NCBI RefSeq assembly: GCF_035627455.1
Contig: NZ_DASPLS010000072.1
Coordinates: 32,276-96,275, forward strand
Origin: Noviherbaspirillum sp.
GTDB taxonomy: Bacteria > Pseudomonadota > Gammaproteobacteria > Burkholderiales > Burkholderiaceae_D
Reading direction: 5' to 3'
DNA: 64,000 bases
This document shows positions 40,477 to 51,666 of this stretch, one piece after another. The notes under the pieces are model-generated. The model was not told the DNA's origin. It saw only the letters and a list, made by a program, of their open reading frames with translations, and did not search any database. Numbering within the stretch: position 1 is the first letter of the stretch; each line of letters opens with the position of its first letter. A program made the translations under genes and the position numbers.

Positions 40477-41178
40477 ATGAAATCGAATGAACTCGGGGGT
40501 CTCGGCCCTCCTTCCGACATGACCATCGACGACGTCAAGCAGCAGCCCAGTGAGAAAGCCTCGGTTCGTGTGAAGGAATTGTCGGAGCGTGACCGCCGGC
40601 GCCTGCTGATGCATTTCCTTGACCTGGACAGCAACGACCGTCTGTTGCGCTTCGGCATGGTCCTGCCCGACGACCTTGTCACGCGTTATGTGCAGACCTT
40701 GGATTTTTCGCGCGATACCGTGTTCGGCGTGTACGACGACAACCTTGCGCTGGTGGGAGTCGGCCACCTGGCATTCGCTCCGCGCGACGCGATGCCTGTG
40801 CTGTCCGAGGCGACGCTGAAGGAGCGCATTGCCGAATTCGGCGTGTCCGTGTCGGCGGCGGCGCGCGGCAGGGGCGTGGGCAGCAAGCTTTTCGAGCGCG
40901 CGGCGATCCACTGCCGAAACGAGGATGTGGATACCCTGTACATGCATTGCCTGTCGTCAAACCAGACGATGATCCATATCGCAAAGAAGGCGGGCATGGA
41001 AATCCGCCGCGACTATGGCGAAGCCGACGCCTACCTGAAGCTGACGCCGGCCAATCCCGTCACCATGCTGGCCGAGGCGGTGGAGGAACAGTTCGCGAGC
41101 CTGGATTACACCCTCAAGGCGAACACCAAGGCGGCGCTGAAGCTGCTGCGCAAGCTGCCCGGCGTGAAGGGAAAGTAG
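40477..41178 (+). CDS. GNAT family N-acetyltransferase
   Basis: DRLLRFG, AEFGVSV, RGRGVGSKLF, NQTMIHIAKKAG. Confidence 0.87.
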   Translation: MKSNELGGLGPPSDMTIDDVKQQPSEKASVRVKELSERDRRRLLMHFLDLDSNDRLLRFGMVLPDDLVTRYVQTLDFSRDTVFGVYDDNLALVGVGHLAFAPRDAMPVLSEATLKERIAEFGVSVSAAARGRGVGSKLFERAAIHCRNEDVDTLYMHCLSSNQTMIHIAKKAGMEIRRDYGEADAYLKLTPANPVTMLAEAVEEQFASLDYTLKANTKAALKLLRKLPGVKGK

Positions 41179-41197
41179 CCGTACGCATGCCGCGGCG

Positions 41198-41692
41198 TCA
41201 TACCAGCGGTAGCGCCGTAGTGTCCTTGATCCTTTGCAACGCGAAGCTCGACTTCACATCCAGCACCGCCGGATGCTTGAGCAGCGTCTCCATCATGAAT
41301 TGCGAGAAGTGCTCCATGTCTTCCACGTGCACCCGCAACAGGTAATCCATTTCCCCGGTCATCGCATAGCAGGCCACCACTTCCGGCCAGTTTTCGACCG
41401 ATGCGGCAAAGTCCGCGCGTGGCGAGCGCGAGCCGGCACCACCCGGCGCGTCGCTGTGCTTCTCCAGCCGCACATTCACGTAGGCGAGCAGCCCCAGCCC
41501 GATCTTGTCCGGGTCGAGCAGCGCCACGTACTGGCGGATCACGCCGGATTCCTCGAGGCTGCGGATGCGCCGCAGGCAGGGGGAGGGCGACAGGTTCACC
41601 CGGTCGGCCACCTCCTGGTTCGTGAGACGCCCATTGGCTTGCAGGATTGCAAGGATCTTCCGGTCCGTCTTATCCAGGTTTATTTTTGACAT
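41198..41692 (-). CDS. Lrp/AsnC transcriptional regulator, divergent from hppD
   Basis: LDKTDRKIL, LSPSPCLRRIRSLEE, MTGEMDYLL. Confidence 0.93.
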   Translation of the reverse strand: MSKINLDKTDRKILAILQANGRLTNQEVADRVNLSPSPCLRRIRSLEESGVIRQYVALLDPDKIGLGLLAYVNVRLEKHSDAPGGAGSRSPRADFAASVENWPEVVACYAMTGEMDYLLRVHVEDMEHFSQFMMETLLKHPAVLDVKSSFALQRIKDTTALPLV

Positions 41693-41830
41693 GGATCACC
41701 AATTTCAAAAATTCGTTAGCAATATTATTGCCGCTATTTCGATTTTGTGGCTGCGCTTTGCAATTTTCTGCCTCGTCGCCTTGACTATACTGTACTCAGA
41801 TTTTTGCCAAATAATTATGAGGAGACAGGC

Positions 41831-42943
<1,113 letters not shown>

Positions 42944-42990
42944 CTACGGTTTCCCTCCCCTTTGCAGGGGAAGGAGCAAGGAGGAGCGAG

Positions 42991-43887
42991 ATGAATACCG
43001 CAGTCGACCAAGCCGACTTTTTCAAGACCCTGGAGGAAAAGTCCGACGGCGGCAAATTGCGCGGCGACTACAGCCGCTGCGACAGCCGCTATGTCGTCGA
43101 GCAGGACTGTTCGTTGTATACACCCGAGCAGCATGCGCTCTGGCGCAGGCTCTACCAGCGCCAGGCGAAACTGGTGCCGGACCGCGCGTGCGAGCTGTTC
43201 ATCGAAAGCCTCGACAAGCTCGATGCCTCGCATGAAATCCCGCAGCTGGAGCGCACCAGCGCCGCGCTGCGCAAGGCAACCGGCTGGGAACTGGTCGCGG
43301 TGCCGGGCCTGATCCCCGACCTGACCTTCTTCGAGCACCTCGCCGAGCGCCGCTTCCCGGTCACCGTCTGGCTGCGCGAGCCGGAAGAGTTCGATTACAT
43401 CGTGGAGCCGGATATCTTCCACGACTTCTTCGGGCACGTGCCGCTGCTGTTCAATCCGGTGTTCGCGGACCACCTGCAGCAGTTCGGCAAGGGCGGCATC
43501 AAGGCGCTCGGGCTGGATGCGCTGCAGTACCTTGCGCGGCTGTACTGGTATACGGTGGAATTCGGCCTGATCGAAAGCCCGAAGGGGCTGCGCGCCTACG
43601 GCGCCGGCATCCTGTCGTCCGGCGGCGAGATCGAGCATTGCCTGACGAGCCCGGCCCCGCGCCGTGTCGCGCTCGACGCGGAGCGCGTGATGCGCACGCT
43701 GTACAAGATCGATTCGTACCAGGAAACCTACTTCGTGATCCGCGATTACCAGCAGCTGTTCGATGCCACCGCGCCGGACTTCACGCCGATCTACGAACGG
43801 CTGAAGCAGCTGGAGCCTTTGCCTGCGAATACGCTGTTGCCGGGAGAAGTGAACCTGCCGCCGAACCGGGTCGGCACGCCGGCATAA
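42991..43887 (+). CDS. phhA: Phenylalanine-4-hydroxylase
   Basis: EPDIFHDFFGHVPLL, LYWYTVEFGL, YGAGILSS. Confidence 0.94.
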   Translation: MNTAVDQADFFKTLEEKSDGGKLRGDYSRCDSRYVVEQDCSLYTPEQHALWRRLYQRQAKLVPDRACELFIESLDKLDASHEIPQLERTSAALRKATGWELVAVPGLIPDLTFFEHLAERRFPVTVWLREPEEFDYIVEPDIFHDFFGHVPLLFNPVFADHLQQFGKGGIKALGLDALQYLARLYWYTVEFGLIESPKGLRAYGAGILSSGGEIEHCLTSPAPRRVALDAERVMRTLYKIDSYQETYFVIRDYQQLFDATAPDFTPIYERLKQLEPLPANTLLPGEVNLPPNRVGTPA

Positions 43888-43897
43888 CGCGCGGCGC

Positions 43898-44194
43898 TCA
43901 GCTGGAAATCCGCATCCGCAGCGCCGAGCGGATTTCCTCGCGGGTCACCTTGCCGTCCTGGTTCACGTCGAGCCGGTCGAAATTGTCGGTGACGCGGTCG
44001 AGGCCGGCACTTTTCGCTTCTTCCCGGGTCAATGCGCCGTCGGCGTCCTTGTCGGCTGCCTTGAACCGCTCGTCGAACCGGGCGAGGAAGTGCGGCTGTT
44101 TCGGTACGGGCGCCGGTTCGGCGGAAGACTGGGCCAGCGCCATGCCGCCGCCGAACAGGGCGCCCACCAGCATGGATAACAGAACGTATTGCAT
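43898..44194 (-). CDS. Secreted EF-hand protein
   Basis: Signal peptide; DKDADGALTREE and DVNQDGKVTREE. Confidence 0.82.
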   Translation of the reverse strand: MQYVLLSMLVGALFGGGMALAQSSAEPAPVPKQPHFLARFDERFKAADKDADGALTREEAKSAGLDRVTDNFDRLDVNQDGKVTREEIRSALRMRISS

Positions 44195-44429
44195 TGGGAA
44201 CTCCGGGCTGCTTTGATTTTTACTGTACGCAGCCGCCGCACGTTTCACTATGGCATTTACGGGTTGTTACAGCTTGTGGCGCCAGGCATGCTGCGCCGTG
44301 CATTGAGCGAAACGAACGCGTGTGCTATGGTGCGGAGTGTCAAAACGATAAAACGGCGTGCCCACAAGGCGCGCCTGTTTGACTGCGAACCATCGCACCC
44401 AAGAACACAATTTTTGGCTGGAGACTGAA

Positions 44430-47400
44430 TTGAACGCACCCCTCACTTCCGGGCAGCGGCAGCTGCTGGAAAACATTTCCCTCGACGACAAGTTCACGCT
44501 GGAGCAAGGCCGCGCCTTCCTGACCGGCACCCAGGCACTGATCCGCCTGCCTATGATGCAGCGCCAGCGCGACCTGAAGGCCGGGCTCAATACCGCCGGC
44601 TTCATCACCGGCTACCGCGGCTCGCCGCTGGGAAATGTCGACATGACGGCGATGAAAGCGCGCAAGTATCTCGAAGCGCACCATGTCAAGTTCCATCCCG
44701 GCGTCAACGAAGACCTCGCCGCGACCTCGGTGTGGGGCACGCAGCAGGTGAACCTGTTCCCGGACGCGAAGTATGACGGCGTGTTTGCGATGTGGTACGG
44801 CAAGGGCCCCGGCGTGGACCGCTGCGGCGACGTCTTCAAGCATGCGAACATGGCCGGCACCGACAGGAACGGCGGCGTGCTGGTGCTGGCCGGCGACGAT
44901 CATGCGGCCAAGTCTTCCACCACTGCGCACCAGAGCGAGCACATCCTGAAGGCCTGCGGCATTCCGGTGCTGTATCCGTCGTCGATCCAGGAATACCTCG
45001 ACTACGGCATGCACGGCTGGGCGCTGTCGCGCTACACCGGGCTGTGGGTGGCGATGAAATGCGTGACCGACCTGGTCGAATCCGGCGCCACCGTCGATGT
45101 CGATCCGATGCGCGTGCCGATCGTGATCCCGACCGACTTCGAGCTGCCGCCCGGCGGCCTGAACATCCGCTACCCCGACGCCGTGCTGGAGCAGGAAGCG
45201 CGGATGAACAATTTCAAGTGGTATGCGGCGCTGGCATATGCGCGCGCCAACAAGCTCAACCAGGTCATCTGGGACAGCCCGCACGCGCGCATGGGCATCA
45301 TCACCGCCGGCAAGTCCTACCTCGACACCCGTCAGGCGCTGAACGACCTCGGCATCGACGAGGCGGTCGCGCGCGACATCGGCATCCGCCTGTACAAGAT
45401 CGGCATGACCTGGCCGCTCGAGGCGGAAGGCGTGCAGCAATTCGCGCTGGGCCTGGACGAAATCCTGGTGGTCGAAGAGAAGCGCCAGATCCTCGAATAC
45501 CAGCTCAAGGAAGAACTGTACAACCTGCCCGACGGCCAGCGCCCGCGCGTGGTCGGCAAGTTCGACGACACCGGAGAGTGGAGCGGCAACCACCGCGAGG
45601 GACACGGCAACTGGCTGCTGCCGGCGACCTATGAACTGACGCCGGCGCAGATCGCGCGCGCCATCGCCGCGCGCATCTCGAAGTATTTCGCCGGCCACCC
45701 GATCGAGCAGCGCGTCAAGGAACGCATCGCCTACCTGGAAGCGAAGGAAACGGTGCTGAAGGTCGGGGGCACCCGGCCCGATCCGGCCAAGGACCGCATC
45801 CCGCACTTCTGCTCCGGCTGCCCGCACAACACCTCGACCAAGGTGCCCGAAGGAAGCCGCGCGCTGGCCGGCATCGGCTGCCACTATATGGTGCTGTGGA
45901 TGGACCGCAAGACCTCGACCTTCACCCACATGGGCGCCGAAGGCGTGACCTGGGTCGGCCATGCGCCGTTCACCAACGAGCAGCATGTGTTCGCCAATCT
46001 CGGCGACGGCACCTATTTCCACTCCGGCCTGCTGGCGATCCGCGCCGCGGTCGCCGGCAAGGTCAACATGACCTACAAGATCCTGTACAACGATGCGGTC
46101 GCGATGACCGGCGGCCAGAACGTCGATGGCCCGCTCGACCCGGCGATGATCTCGCGCCAGATCGCCGCCGAGGGCGTCAAGCCCATCGTGGTCGTCACCG
46201 ACGATCCGGACAAGTACCCGGCCGGCATCAACTGGGCGCCGGGCGTCACGGTCCGCCACCGCGACGAACTCGATGCGGTGCAGAAGGAATTGCGTGAAGT
46301 GAAGGGTGTGTCGGCGATCATCTATGACCAGACCTGCGCGTCCGAAAAGCGGCGCCGCCGCAAGAAGATCGGTCCGGACGGCAAGCCGGCCTACCCCGAT
46401 CCGGCCAAGCGCGCGGTGATCAATGAAGCCGTGTGCGAAGGCTGCGGCGACTGCAGCGTGCAGTCCAACTGCCTGTCGGTGGAGCCGCTGGAAACCGAGC
46501 TCGGCCGCAAGCGCCAGATCAACCAGTCGTCCTGCAACAAGGACTTTTCCTGCGTCAAGGGTTTCTGCCCGAGCTTCGTGACGGTCGAAGGCGGCCAGCT
46601 GAAGAAGCCGAAAAAGGCGGCGGGCGGCGAGGCCGGCGGCACGAAGAAGCTGCCGATCCTGCAGGGCACCAACCTGCCGCAGCCGGCCGTGCCGACCACC
46701 GAGCAGCCGTTCGGCATTATCGTAACCGGCATCGGCGGCACCGGGGTGATCACCATCGGCCAGATCGTCGCGATGGCGGCGCACCTGGAGGGCAAGGGCG
46801 TGTCGGTGCTCGACATGACCGGGCTGGCGCAGAAGGGCGGCGCGGTGATGTCGCACGTGCGGCTGGCGGATCGCCAGGAAGACATCCATTCGACCCGTGT
46901 CGGTACCGGCGCGGCCGACCTCGTGATCGGTTGCGACGTGATCGTGACCGGCAGCCGCGACGCGCTCACGCGCATGGGCGAGGGCCGCACGTATGCGGCG
47001 GTCAATTCCACCGGCGCACCGACTGCAGCCTTCGTGCGCAACCCGGACTGGAAATTCCCCGGTTCGTCCGCGGAAAACGATATCCGCAATGCCTGCGGTG
47101 CCGACCGCGTCGATTTCATCGATGCCGGCCGTGTCGCCACCGCATTGATGGGCGACAGCATCGCGACCAACATGTTCATGCTCGGCTATGCGTGGCAGAA
47201 GGGCTGGGTGCCGCTGTCGGAGGCGGCGCTGACCAAGGCGATCGAGTTGAACGGCGTGTCCGTCGACTTCAACAAGCAGGCTTTCGTGTGGGGCCGCAAC
47301 GCCGCGCACGACTGGGCCGCGGTCGAACGTCTCGCGAAACTGAACGACGCGCAGGCGCAGGTGATCGAGTTCAAGCGCAGCCCGTCGCTGGATGAGCTGA

Positions 47401-48056
47401 TCGAGTCTCGCTCGGCCTTCCTGACGAAATACCAGGATGCCGGCTACGCGGCGCAGTACCGCGCCTTCGTCGAGAAGGTGCGCGCCGCGGAATCCGAGCT
47501 GGTCGGCGAGGGACGTGCGCTGCGCCTGACCGAGACGGTCGCGCGCAACCTGTCCAAGCTGATGGCCTACAAGGACGAGTACGAAGTCGCGCGCCTACAT
47601 GCGGATACTGCATTCAAGGCCAAGATCGAAGGCATGTTCGAAGGCGACTACAAGCTCAAGTTCCACCTCGCGCCGCCGCTGTTTGCGAAACGCGATGCGG
47701 AAGGGCACCTGGTCAAGCAGGAATTCGGTCCGTGGATGATGAAGGCCTTCGGCGTGCTGGCGAAGCTCAAGTTCCTGCGTGGCGGCGCCTTCGATATTTT
47801 CGGCCGCACCGAGGAGCGCAAGACCGAGCGTGCGCTGATCGGCCGCTACAAGGACACGGTATCGGCGCTGCTGCCGAAGCTGACCGGGCAGAACCTGGGC
47901 AAGGCAGTGGCGATCGCCAACATTCCGGAAGAGATCCGCGGCTTCGGCCATGTGAAGGAAAGGAACCTGAAGGCCGCGCAGCAGAAGGAAGCGGCCTTGC
48001 TCAAGGAATTCGACCTCCCGGCCGGCACCGCCGCATCGTCGCAGCACGCCGCCTGA
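44430..48056 (+). CDS. Indolepyruvate:ferredoxin oxidoreductase family protein (fused alpha/beta)
   Basis: LTGTQAL, GYRGSPLG, FCSGCPHN, GDGTYFHSG, CEGCGDC..C ferredoxin, GLAQKGG; TTG start inferred. Confidence 0.94.
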   Translation: MNAPLTSGQRQLLENISLDDKFTLEQGRAFLTGTQALIRLPMMQRQRDLKAGLNTAGFITGYRGSPLGNVDMTAMKARKYLEAHHVKFHPGVNEDLAATSVWGTQQVNLFPDAKYDGVFAMWYGKGPGVDRCGDVFKHANMAGTDRNGGVLVLAGDDHAAKSSTTAHQSEHILKACGIPVLYPSSIQEYLDYGMHGWALSRYTGLWVAMKCVTDLVESGATVDVDPMRVPIVIPTDFELPPGGLNIRYPDAVLEQEARMNNFKWYAALAYARANKLNQVIWDSPHARMGIITAGKSYLDTRQALNDLGIDEAVARDIGIRLYKIGMTWPLEAEGVQQFALGLDEILVVEEKRQILEYQLKEELYNLPDGQRPRVVGKFDDTGEWSGNHREGHGNWLLPATYELTPAQIARAIAARISKYFAGHPIEQRVKERIAYLEAKETVLKVGGTRPDPAKDRIPHFCSGCPHNTSTKVPEGSRALAGIGCHYMVLWMDRKTSTFTHMGAEGVTWVGHAPFTNEQHVFANLGDGTYFHSGLLAIRAAVAGKVNMTYKILYNDAVAMTGGQNVDGPLDPAMISRQIAAEGVKPIVVVTDDPDKYPAGINWAPGVTVRHRDELDAVQKELREVKGVSAIIYDQTCASEKRRRRKKIGPDGKPAYPDPAKRAVINEAVCEGCGDCSVQSNCLSVEPLETELGRKRQINQSSCNKDFSCVKGFCPSFVTVEGGQLKKPKKAAGGEAGGTKKLPILQGTNLPQPAVPTTEQPFGIIVTGIGGTGVITIGQIVAMAAHLEGKGVSVLDMTGLAQKGGAVMSHVRLADRQEDIHSTRVGTGAADLVIGCDVIVTGSRDALTRMGEGRTYAAVNSTGAPTAAFVRNPDWKFPGSSAENDIRNACGADRVDFIDAGRVATALMGDSIATNMFMLGYAWQKGWVPLSEAALTKAIELNGVSVDFNKQAFVWGRNAAHDWAAVERLAKLNDAQAQVIEFKRSPSLDELIESRSAFLTKYQDAGYAAQYRAFVEKVRAAESELVGEGRALRLTETVARNLSKLMAYKDEYEVARLHADTAFKAKIEGMFEGDYKLKFHLAPPLFAKRDAEGHLVKQEFGPWMMKAFGVLAKLKFLRGGAFDIFGRTEERKTERALIGRYKDTVSALLPKLTGQNLGKAVAIANIPEEIRGFGHVKERNLKAAQQKEAALLKEFDLPAGTAASSQHAA

Positions 48057-48077
48057 AGCCGGAAGCCCGGGTCCATC

Positions 48078-48114
48078 ACCGCCGTTACGGCCTGGCCGCA
48101 ACGGCGGTTTTTTT
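48078..48114 (+). terminator. Rho-independent terminator after the IOR gene
   Basis: ACCGCCGTT/AACGGCGGT stem plus T-run. Confidence 0.75.
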
Positions 48115-48124
48115 ACGCGAATGC

Positions 48125-48670
48125 ATGCAAGAGAAACAGATTTGCGACTGGATTGCCGCCGACCCGCTGCGCATGCGCGCGCTTCATATCGCACGCGCGC
48201 TCGACCTGCCCGACTGGTGCATCGCCGCAGGCTTCGTGCGCAACCTCGTATGGGACAAGCTGCACGGCTATGCGGTGCCGACGCCGCTGGACGATATCGA
48301 CCTGGTGTATTTCGATCCGGCCGAGGCCACCGGGGCGCGCGACCGGTGCGTGGAGGAAGCGCTCGCCGCGCTTGACGCAAGCTTGCCCTGGTCTGTGCGC
48401 AACCAGGCGCGCATGCACACGCGCAACGACGATCCGCCCTACCTTTCGACTGCGGATGCAATGCGTTACTGGGTGGAGCAGGAAACCGCGGTGGGCGTGC
48501 GCCTGGAGAAGGACGGCGCGCTGCGCGTGGTGGCAGTGTTCGGTCTCGACAGCCTGCTGGCAGGACGCATCACGCCGAACCGCGGCCGGCGCAAGGCGCA
48601 CGAATTCGCCGTGCGGCTCACCAAAAAGGACTGGCTGCGCAAATGGCCGGACTTGCGGGTGGATGCGTGA
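48125..48670 (+). CDS. Nucleotidyltransferase family protein (DUF925)
   Basis: AAGFVRNLVWD, DIDLVYFD, WSVRNQARMH, WVEQETAVG. Confidence 0.88.
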   Translation: MQEKQICDWIAADPLRMRALHIARALDLPDWCIAAGFVRNLVWDKLHGYAVPTPLDDIDLVYFDPAEATGARDRCVEEALAALDASLPWSVRNQARMHTRNDDPPYLSTADAMRYWVEQETAVGVRLEKDGALRVVAVFGLDSLLAGRITPNRGRRKAHEFAVRLTKKDWLRKWPDLRVDA

Positions 48671-48726
48671 GCGTTGCCCCAGCCTGAGGGAAACGCGCCA
48701 GGGGCTCTGGTGCATAACACCCTGTA

Positions 48727-48885
48727 GTGGCCTGAGTCCCTAATTCATTGACAAAAAGCGATGGAACGGACGCCATGCGCCGCCGTCAATCCTCGCGACA
48801 GCCCGCATTATCGCTGCGGCCGTCGACAGCACCTGCCGCCCGTTGCATTACTTTTTCCTGTCAACGAATTAGCAGCTCAGGCCAT
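48727..48885. mobile_element. 159-bp MITE-like element with 27-bp imperfect TIRs and TA flanks
   Basis: Left GTGGCCTGAGTCCCTAATTCATTGACA vs right (reverse complement) ATGGCCTGAGCTGCTAATTCGTTGACA, 22/27 identical; TA at 48725-26 and 48886-87. Confidence 0.7.
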
Positions 48886-49214
48886 TAGGCAAGCTGGTGG
48901 CGCAGCGCCGACACTTCGATATGCGCCAGGATCACCGCGCTTTTCACATCGTAGTTCATGTCATCGGCGGGGTGGATGCGGCGCTGTGCCTGGTAACTGA
49001 TGCGCGCAAGGTCGTCGACGCTTTCTCGCACGCCGCGCTCATCCTCGCGGGCCAGCGCCCGCTGCGCCTGCGTCGAGCGCTGGCCGAGCTGGTCCACGTA
49101 ATCCTTCAGTTCTTCCGGGACCTTGTCGTCCGACTGGCACGCGCGAACGGCGTGGTCGATGGTGCGGTCAATGAAGCCAAGGCGTTGCTGAATTTCTTCG
49201 CGTTGTACATTCAT
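48885..49214 (-). CDS. Hypothetical 109-aa alpha-helical protein
   Basis: MNVQREEIQQRLG...HQLA*; GAGAGAGG upstream; codon pattern looks coding. Confidence 0.65.
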   Translation of the reverse strand: MNVQREEIQQRLGFIDRTIDHAVRACQSDDKVPEELKDYVDQLGQRSTQAQRALAREDERGVRESVDDLARISYQAQRRIHPADDMNYDVKSAVILAHIEVSALRHQLA

Positions 49215-49463
49215 TCGAGACCTCTCTCTGAACCGTATGCAAGCAAGGTTGACCGGAGCCGCGCCGCACTGTCGGCATGCTTCGCGCAAAGTGTTTCGTG
49301 CTGCCTTCTTCTTCGTCGCGGGCACGGTGCATGGTTTGCGTATTCTGCCCCTGGCAGCGGCACGGATCAATTCGCACTGCACAATGTCTAACCGACAAAC
49401 GAGAGCTTGCTGCGGCCTCGGCGTCCGGCGGCAAGGGGTCTGGATACTTCTGGTGGAAAAAAC

Positions 49464-50213
49464 GTGAATACCGGTACCTTCAAGGCGTACGTTGGTTGTG
49501 CCGGCTGGAGTCTGTCCAGCGCCGTGCACGACGACTTTCCGGCGACGGGGACGCACCTGGCGCGCTATGCATCGGTTTTTCCGGCGGTGGAAATCAACAC
49601 CTCCTTCTACCGTCCGCATCGCGCCGCCACCTACGAGCGTTGGCGCGACAGCGTGCCGCCTGACTTTCGCTTTTCGGCAAAGGTGCCCAAGGCGATCACT
49701 CACGAAGCGCGGCTGCGCGGCGTGCACGAGGCGTTGGAAAAATTCATCGGGGAAGTGTCCCATCTCGAGCCGAAGCTGGGCTGCCTGCTGGTGCAGCTGC
49801 CGCCGAGCCTGCAGTACGATGCCGCCACCGCTCTGCCGTTCTTCCGGCACCTGCGCGCGCTCACTTCCGTGCACCCGGTGTGCGAGGCGCGGCATGCGAC
49901 GTGGTTTGCGCCGGCCGTGGCGAACGCGCTCGCCGCGCTCGACGTTTCCTGCGTTCTTGCCGATCCGCCTGTCGCGCCGCTGCCGGAAACGGCAGCCAAG
50001 GTCCTGTATATCCGCCTGCACGGAGCGCCCGTCGTCTACCACTCGGCATACGCGGAGGACTTCCTGGACGGCCTCGCGGAAAGGATCAAACGCGAAGCCT
50101 GCGGCGGGCGCCAGGTGTGGTGCGTGTTCGACAATACCGCCAGCGGCGCCGCGGTGCCTAATGCGTTGTCGCTTCTTGCTCGTCTGCGGCTTGCCGAAGC
50201 GGTGCCGGCGTGA
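49464..50213 (+). CDS. DUF72 family protein
   Basis: VGCAGW, AVEINTSFYR, FRFSAKVPK, LVQLPPSL, YIRLHG, WCVFDN. Confidence 0.92.
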   Translation: MNTGTFKAYVGCAGWSLSSAVHDDFPATGTHLARYASVFPAVEINTSFYRPHRAATYERWRDSVPPDFRFSAKVPKAITHEARLRGVHEALEKFIGEVSHLEPKLGCLLVQLPPSLQYDAATALPFFRHLRALTSVHPVCEARHATWFAPAVANALAALDVSCVLADPPVAPLPETAAKVLYIRLHGAPVVYHSAYAEDFLDGLAERIKREACGGRQVWCVFDNTASGAAVPNALSLLARLRLAEAVPA

Positions 50214-51657
50214 CCGGCTGCTTGCCGGCGCCGTTGATGCTGCTGCCGGTGCTCTTGACCACGGTGACGGTGCAGTCCGCGGCGGCGACCACCTGCGACG
50301 ACACGCTGCCGAGGTAGCGCCGGAACGCGGAACTGCCGCGCGAGCCGATCACGATGTGGTCGACCGCATTGCCGTTCGCATATTCCACGATGGCGGCGGC
50401 CGGATCCGGCGCTTCAAGCACGTGGAAGGTAATCTTTTCCGGCGGAATAGACAGCGGCCTCGCCCAGTGCTTCAGGCCGACCAGGTGCTTGACGTGGATG
50501 TTGCGGCCAGCCTTGTCGACGTATTCGTCCATGCCGAGCCGGTTGGTCTTCTGCACAGTGACGCAAGCCAGGCGGGCGCCCGGCTCGGTCTGCAGCACTC
50601 GCCGCGCGGCCACCCGCAATGCTTCCGCCAGCGCCTCCGACCCGTGCGCGAGGTCGATCGCCACCATGATGATCGGCGCGCGTGCGAGCTGGGTCGACGC
50701 GGATTGCTGCGGCACCGGCTCCATGCCGGCGGCCCGGAACCAGCGCCGCGTCACTGTCCAGAAGCCGTCGCGCACGCGCTTGCGCGCCCGCGCGGTGAGC
50801 TGGACCTGTTCCGGGTGCTGCAGCTCGAATGCCAGCTGGGCAGCGGTGTCGTGCCGCTTGTTGGGGTTGACTTCCAGGCAGCGCAGGATGATTTCCTGCA
50901 ACCATTCCGGAATCTTGGGATTCAATGCGCGCGGCGGCACCGGGTCGCGGTAGAGGCGGCGGCGCAGGCCGGATACCGAGGTCGGGAAGCCGTACGGGCG
51001 TTCCCCGGTCGCAAGGTGGTACATCAGCACGCCGAGCGCGAACAGGTCGCTGCGCGGATCGTTGCGGATGTGCAGCACCTGCTCCGGCGAGATATACGGT
51101 CCGGTCCCCATCGGCAGCCGGAATTCCTCGGCCAGCAGGTCCGGCAGCTTGTCATGGCGCGCCAGGCCATAGTCGATCAGGATGGCCTCGCCGGTTTCGC
51201 GGAACATGATGTTGCTCGGCTTGAGGTCGAGATGAATCACATTCTGCCGGTGCAGGTCGTGCAGCGCGGTCGCCACGCGGACGGCGGTGGCGACCACTTC
51301 CTCGATCGGCAGCGGCGCCGCATCGAAGCGCGCCCGCAGCGACTTGCCGGCGATCTCTTCCATCACGATGTAGGGCTGGCCGGTGAAATCGCCGGAGGCA
51401 ACGAAATGCGGCACATGGATGCCGGTCAGCTTGGGCATGATCATCTGCTCGACTTCGAAGCCGACGATCGCCGCCGGATCGTTGTGGTCGCCGACGATGG
51501 GGATTTTCATCATCAGCGGCGGACTGCCCTCGCTACCCTCGCTGCTGCCGCCGGCGTCGATGCGCCGCACGCGCCACAGCAGCGCCATGCCCCCCTTGTG
51601 CAGCTTCTCTTCCAGCCGGAAGCTGTCGATCACCATGCCCGGTTCGAGACGTTCCAT
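50158..51657 (-). CDS. Hanks-type Ser/Thr kinase fused to a universal stress protein domain
   Basis: KGGMA, MMK, HLDLKPSN, DYG, GPYISPE, SDLFALG; C-terminal IMVAID...HIVIGSRG..LGSVSSQV..CTVTVVK. Confidence 0.92.
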   Translation of the reverse strand: MERLEPGMVIDSFRLEEKLHKGGMALLWRVRRIDAGGSSEGSEGSPPLMMKIPIVGDHNDPAAIVGFEVEQMIMPKLTGIHVPHFVASGDFTGQPYIVMEEIAGKSLRARFDAAPLPIEEVVATAVRVATALHDLHRQNVIHLDLKPSNIMFRETGEAILIDYGLARHDKLPDLLAEEFRLPMGTGPYISPEQVLHIRNDPRSDLFALGVLMYHLATGERPYGFPTSVSGLRRRLYRDPVPPRALNPKIPEWLQEIILRCLEVNPNKRHDTAAQLAFELQHPEQVQLTARARKRVRDGFWTVTRRWFRAAGMEPVPQQSASTQLARAPIIMVAIDLAHGSEALAEALRVAARRVLQTEPGARLACVTVQKTNRLGMDEYVDKAGRNIHVKHLVGLKHWARPLSIPPEKITFHVLEAPDPAAAIVEYANGNAVDHIVIGSRGSSAFRRYLGSVSSQVVAAADCTVTVVKSTGSSINGAGKQPVTPAPLRQAADEQEATTH

Positions 51658-51666
51658 AAGTCGCGC

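Noticed and set aside
44340-47309. 989-aa antisense ORF
   Set aside because: Shadow of the IOR gene; no RBS or recognisable motifs.
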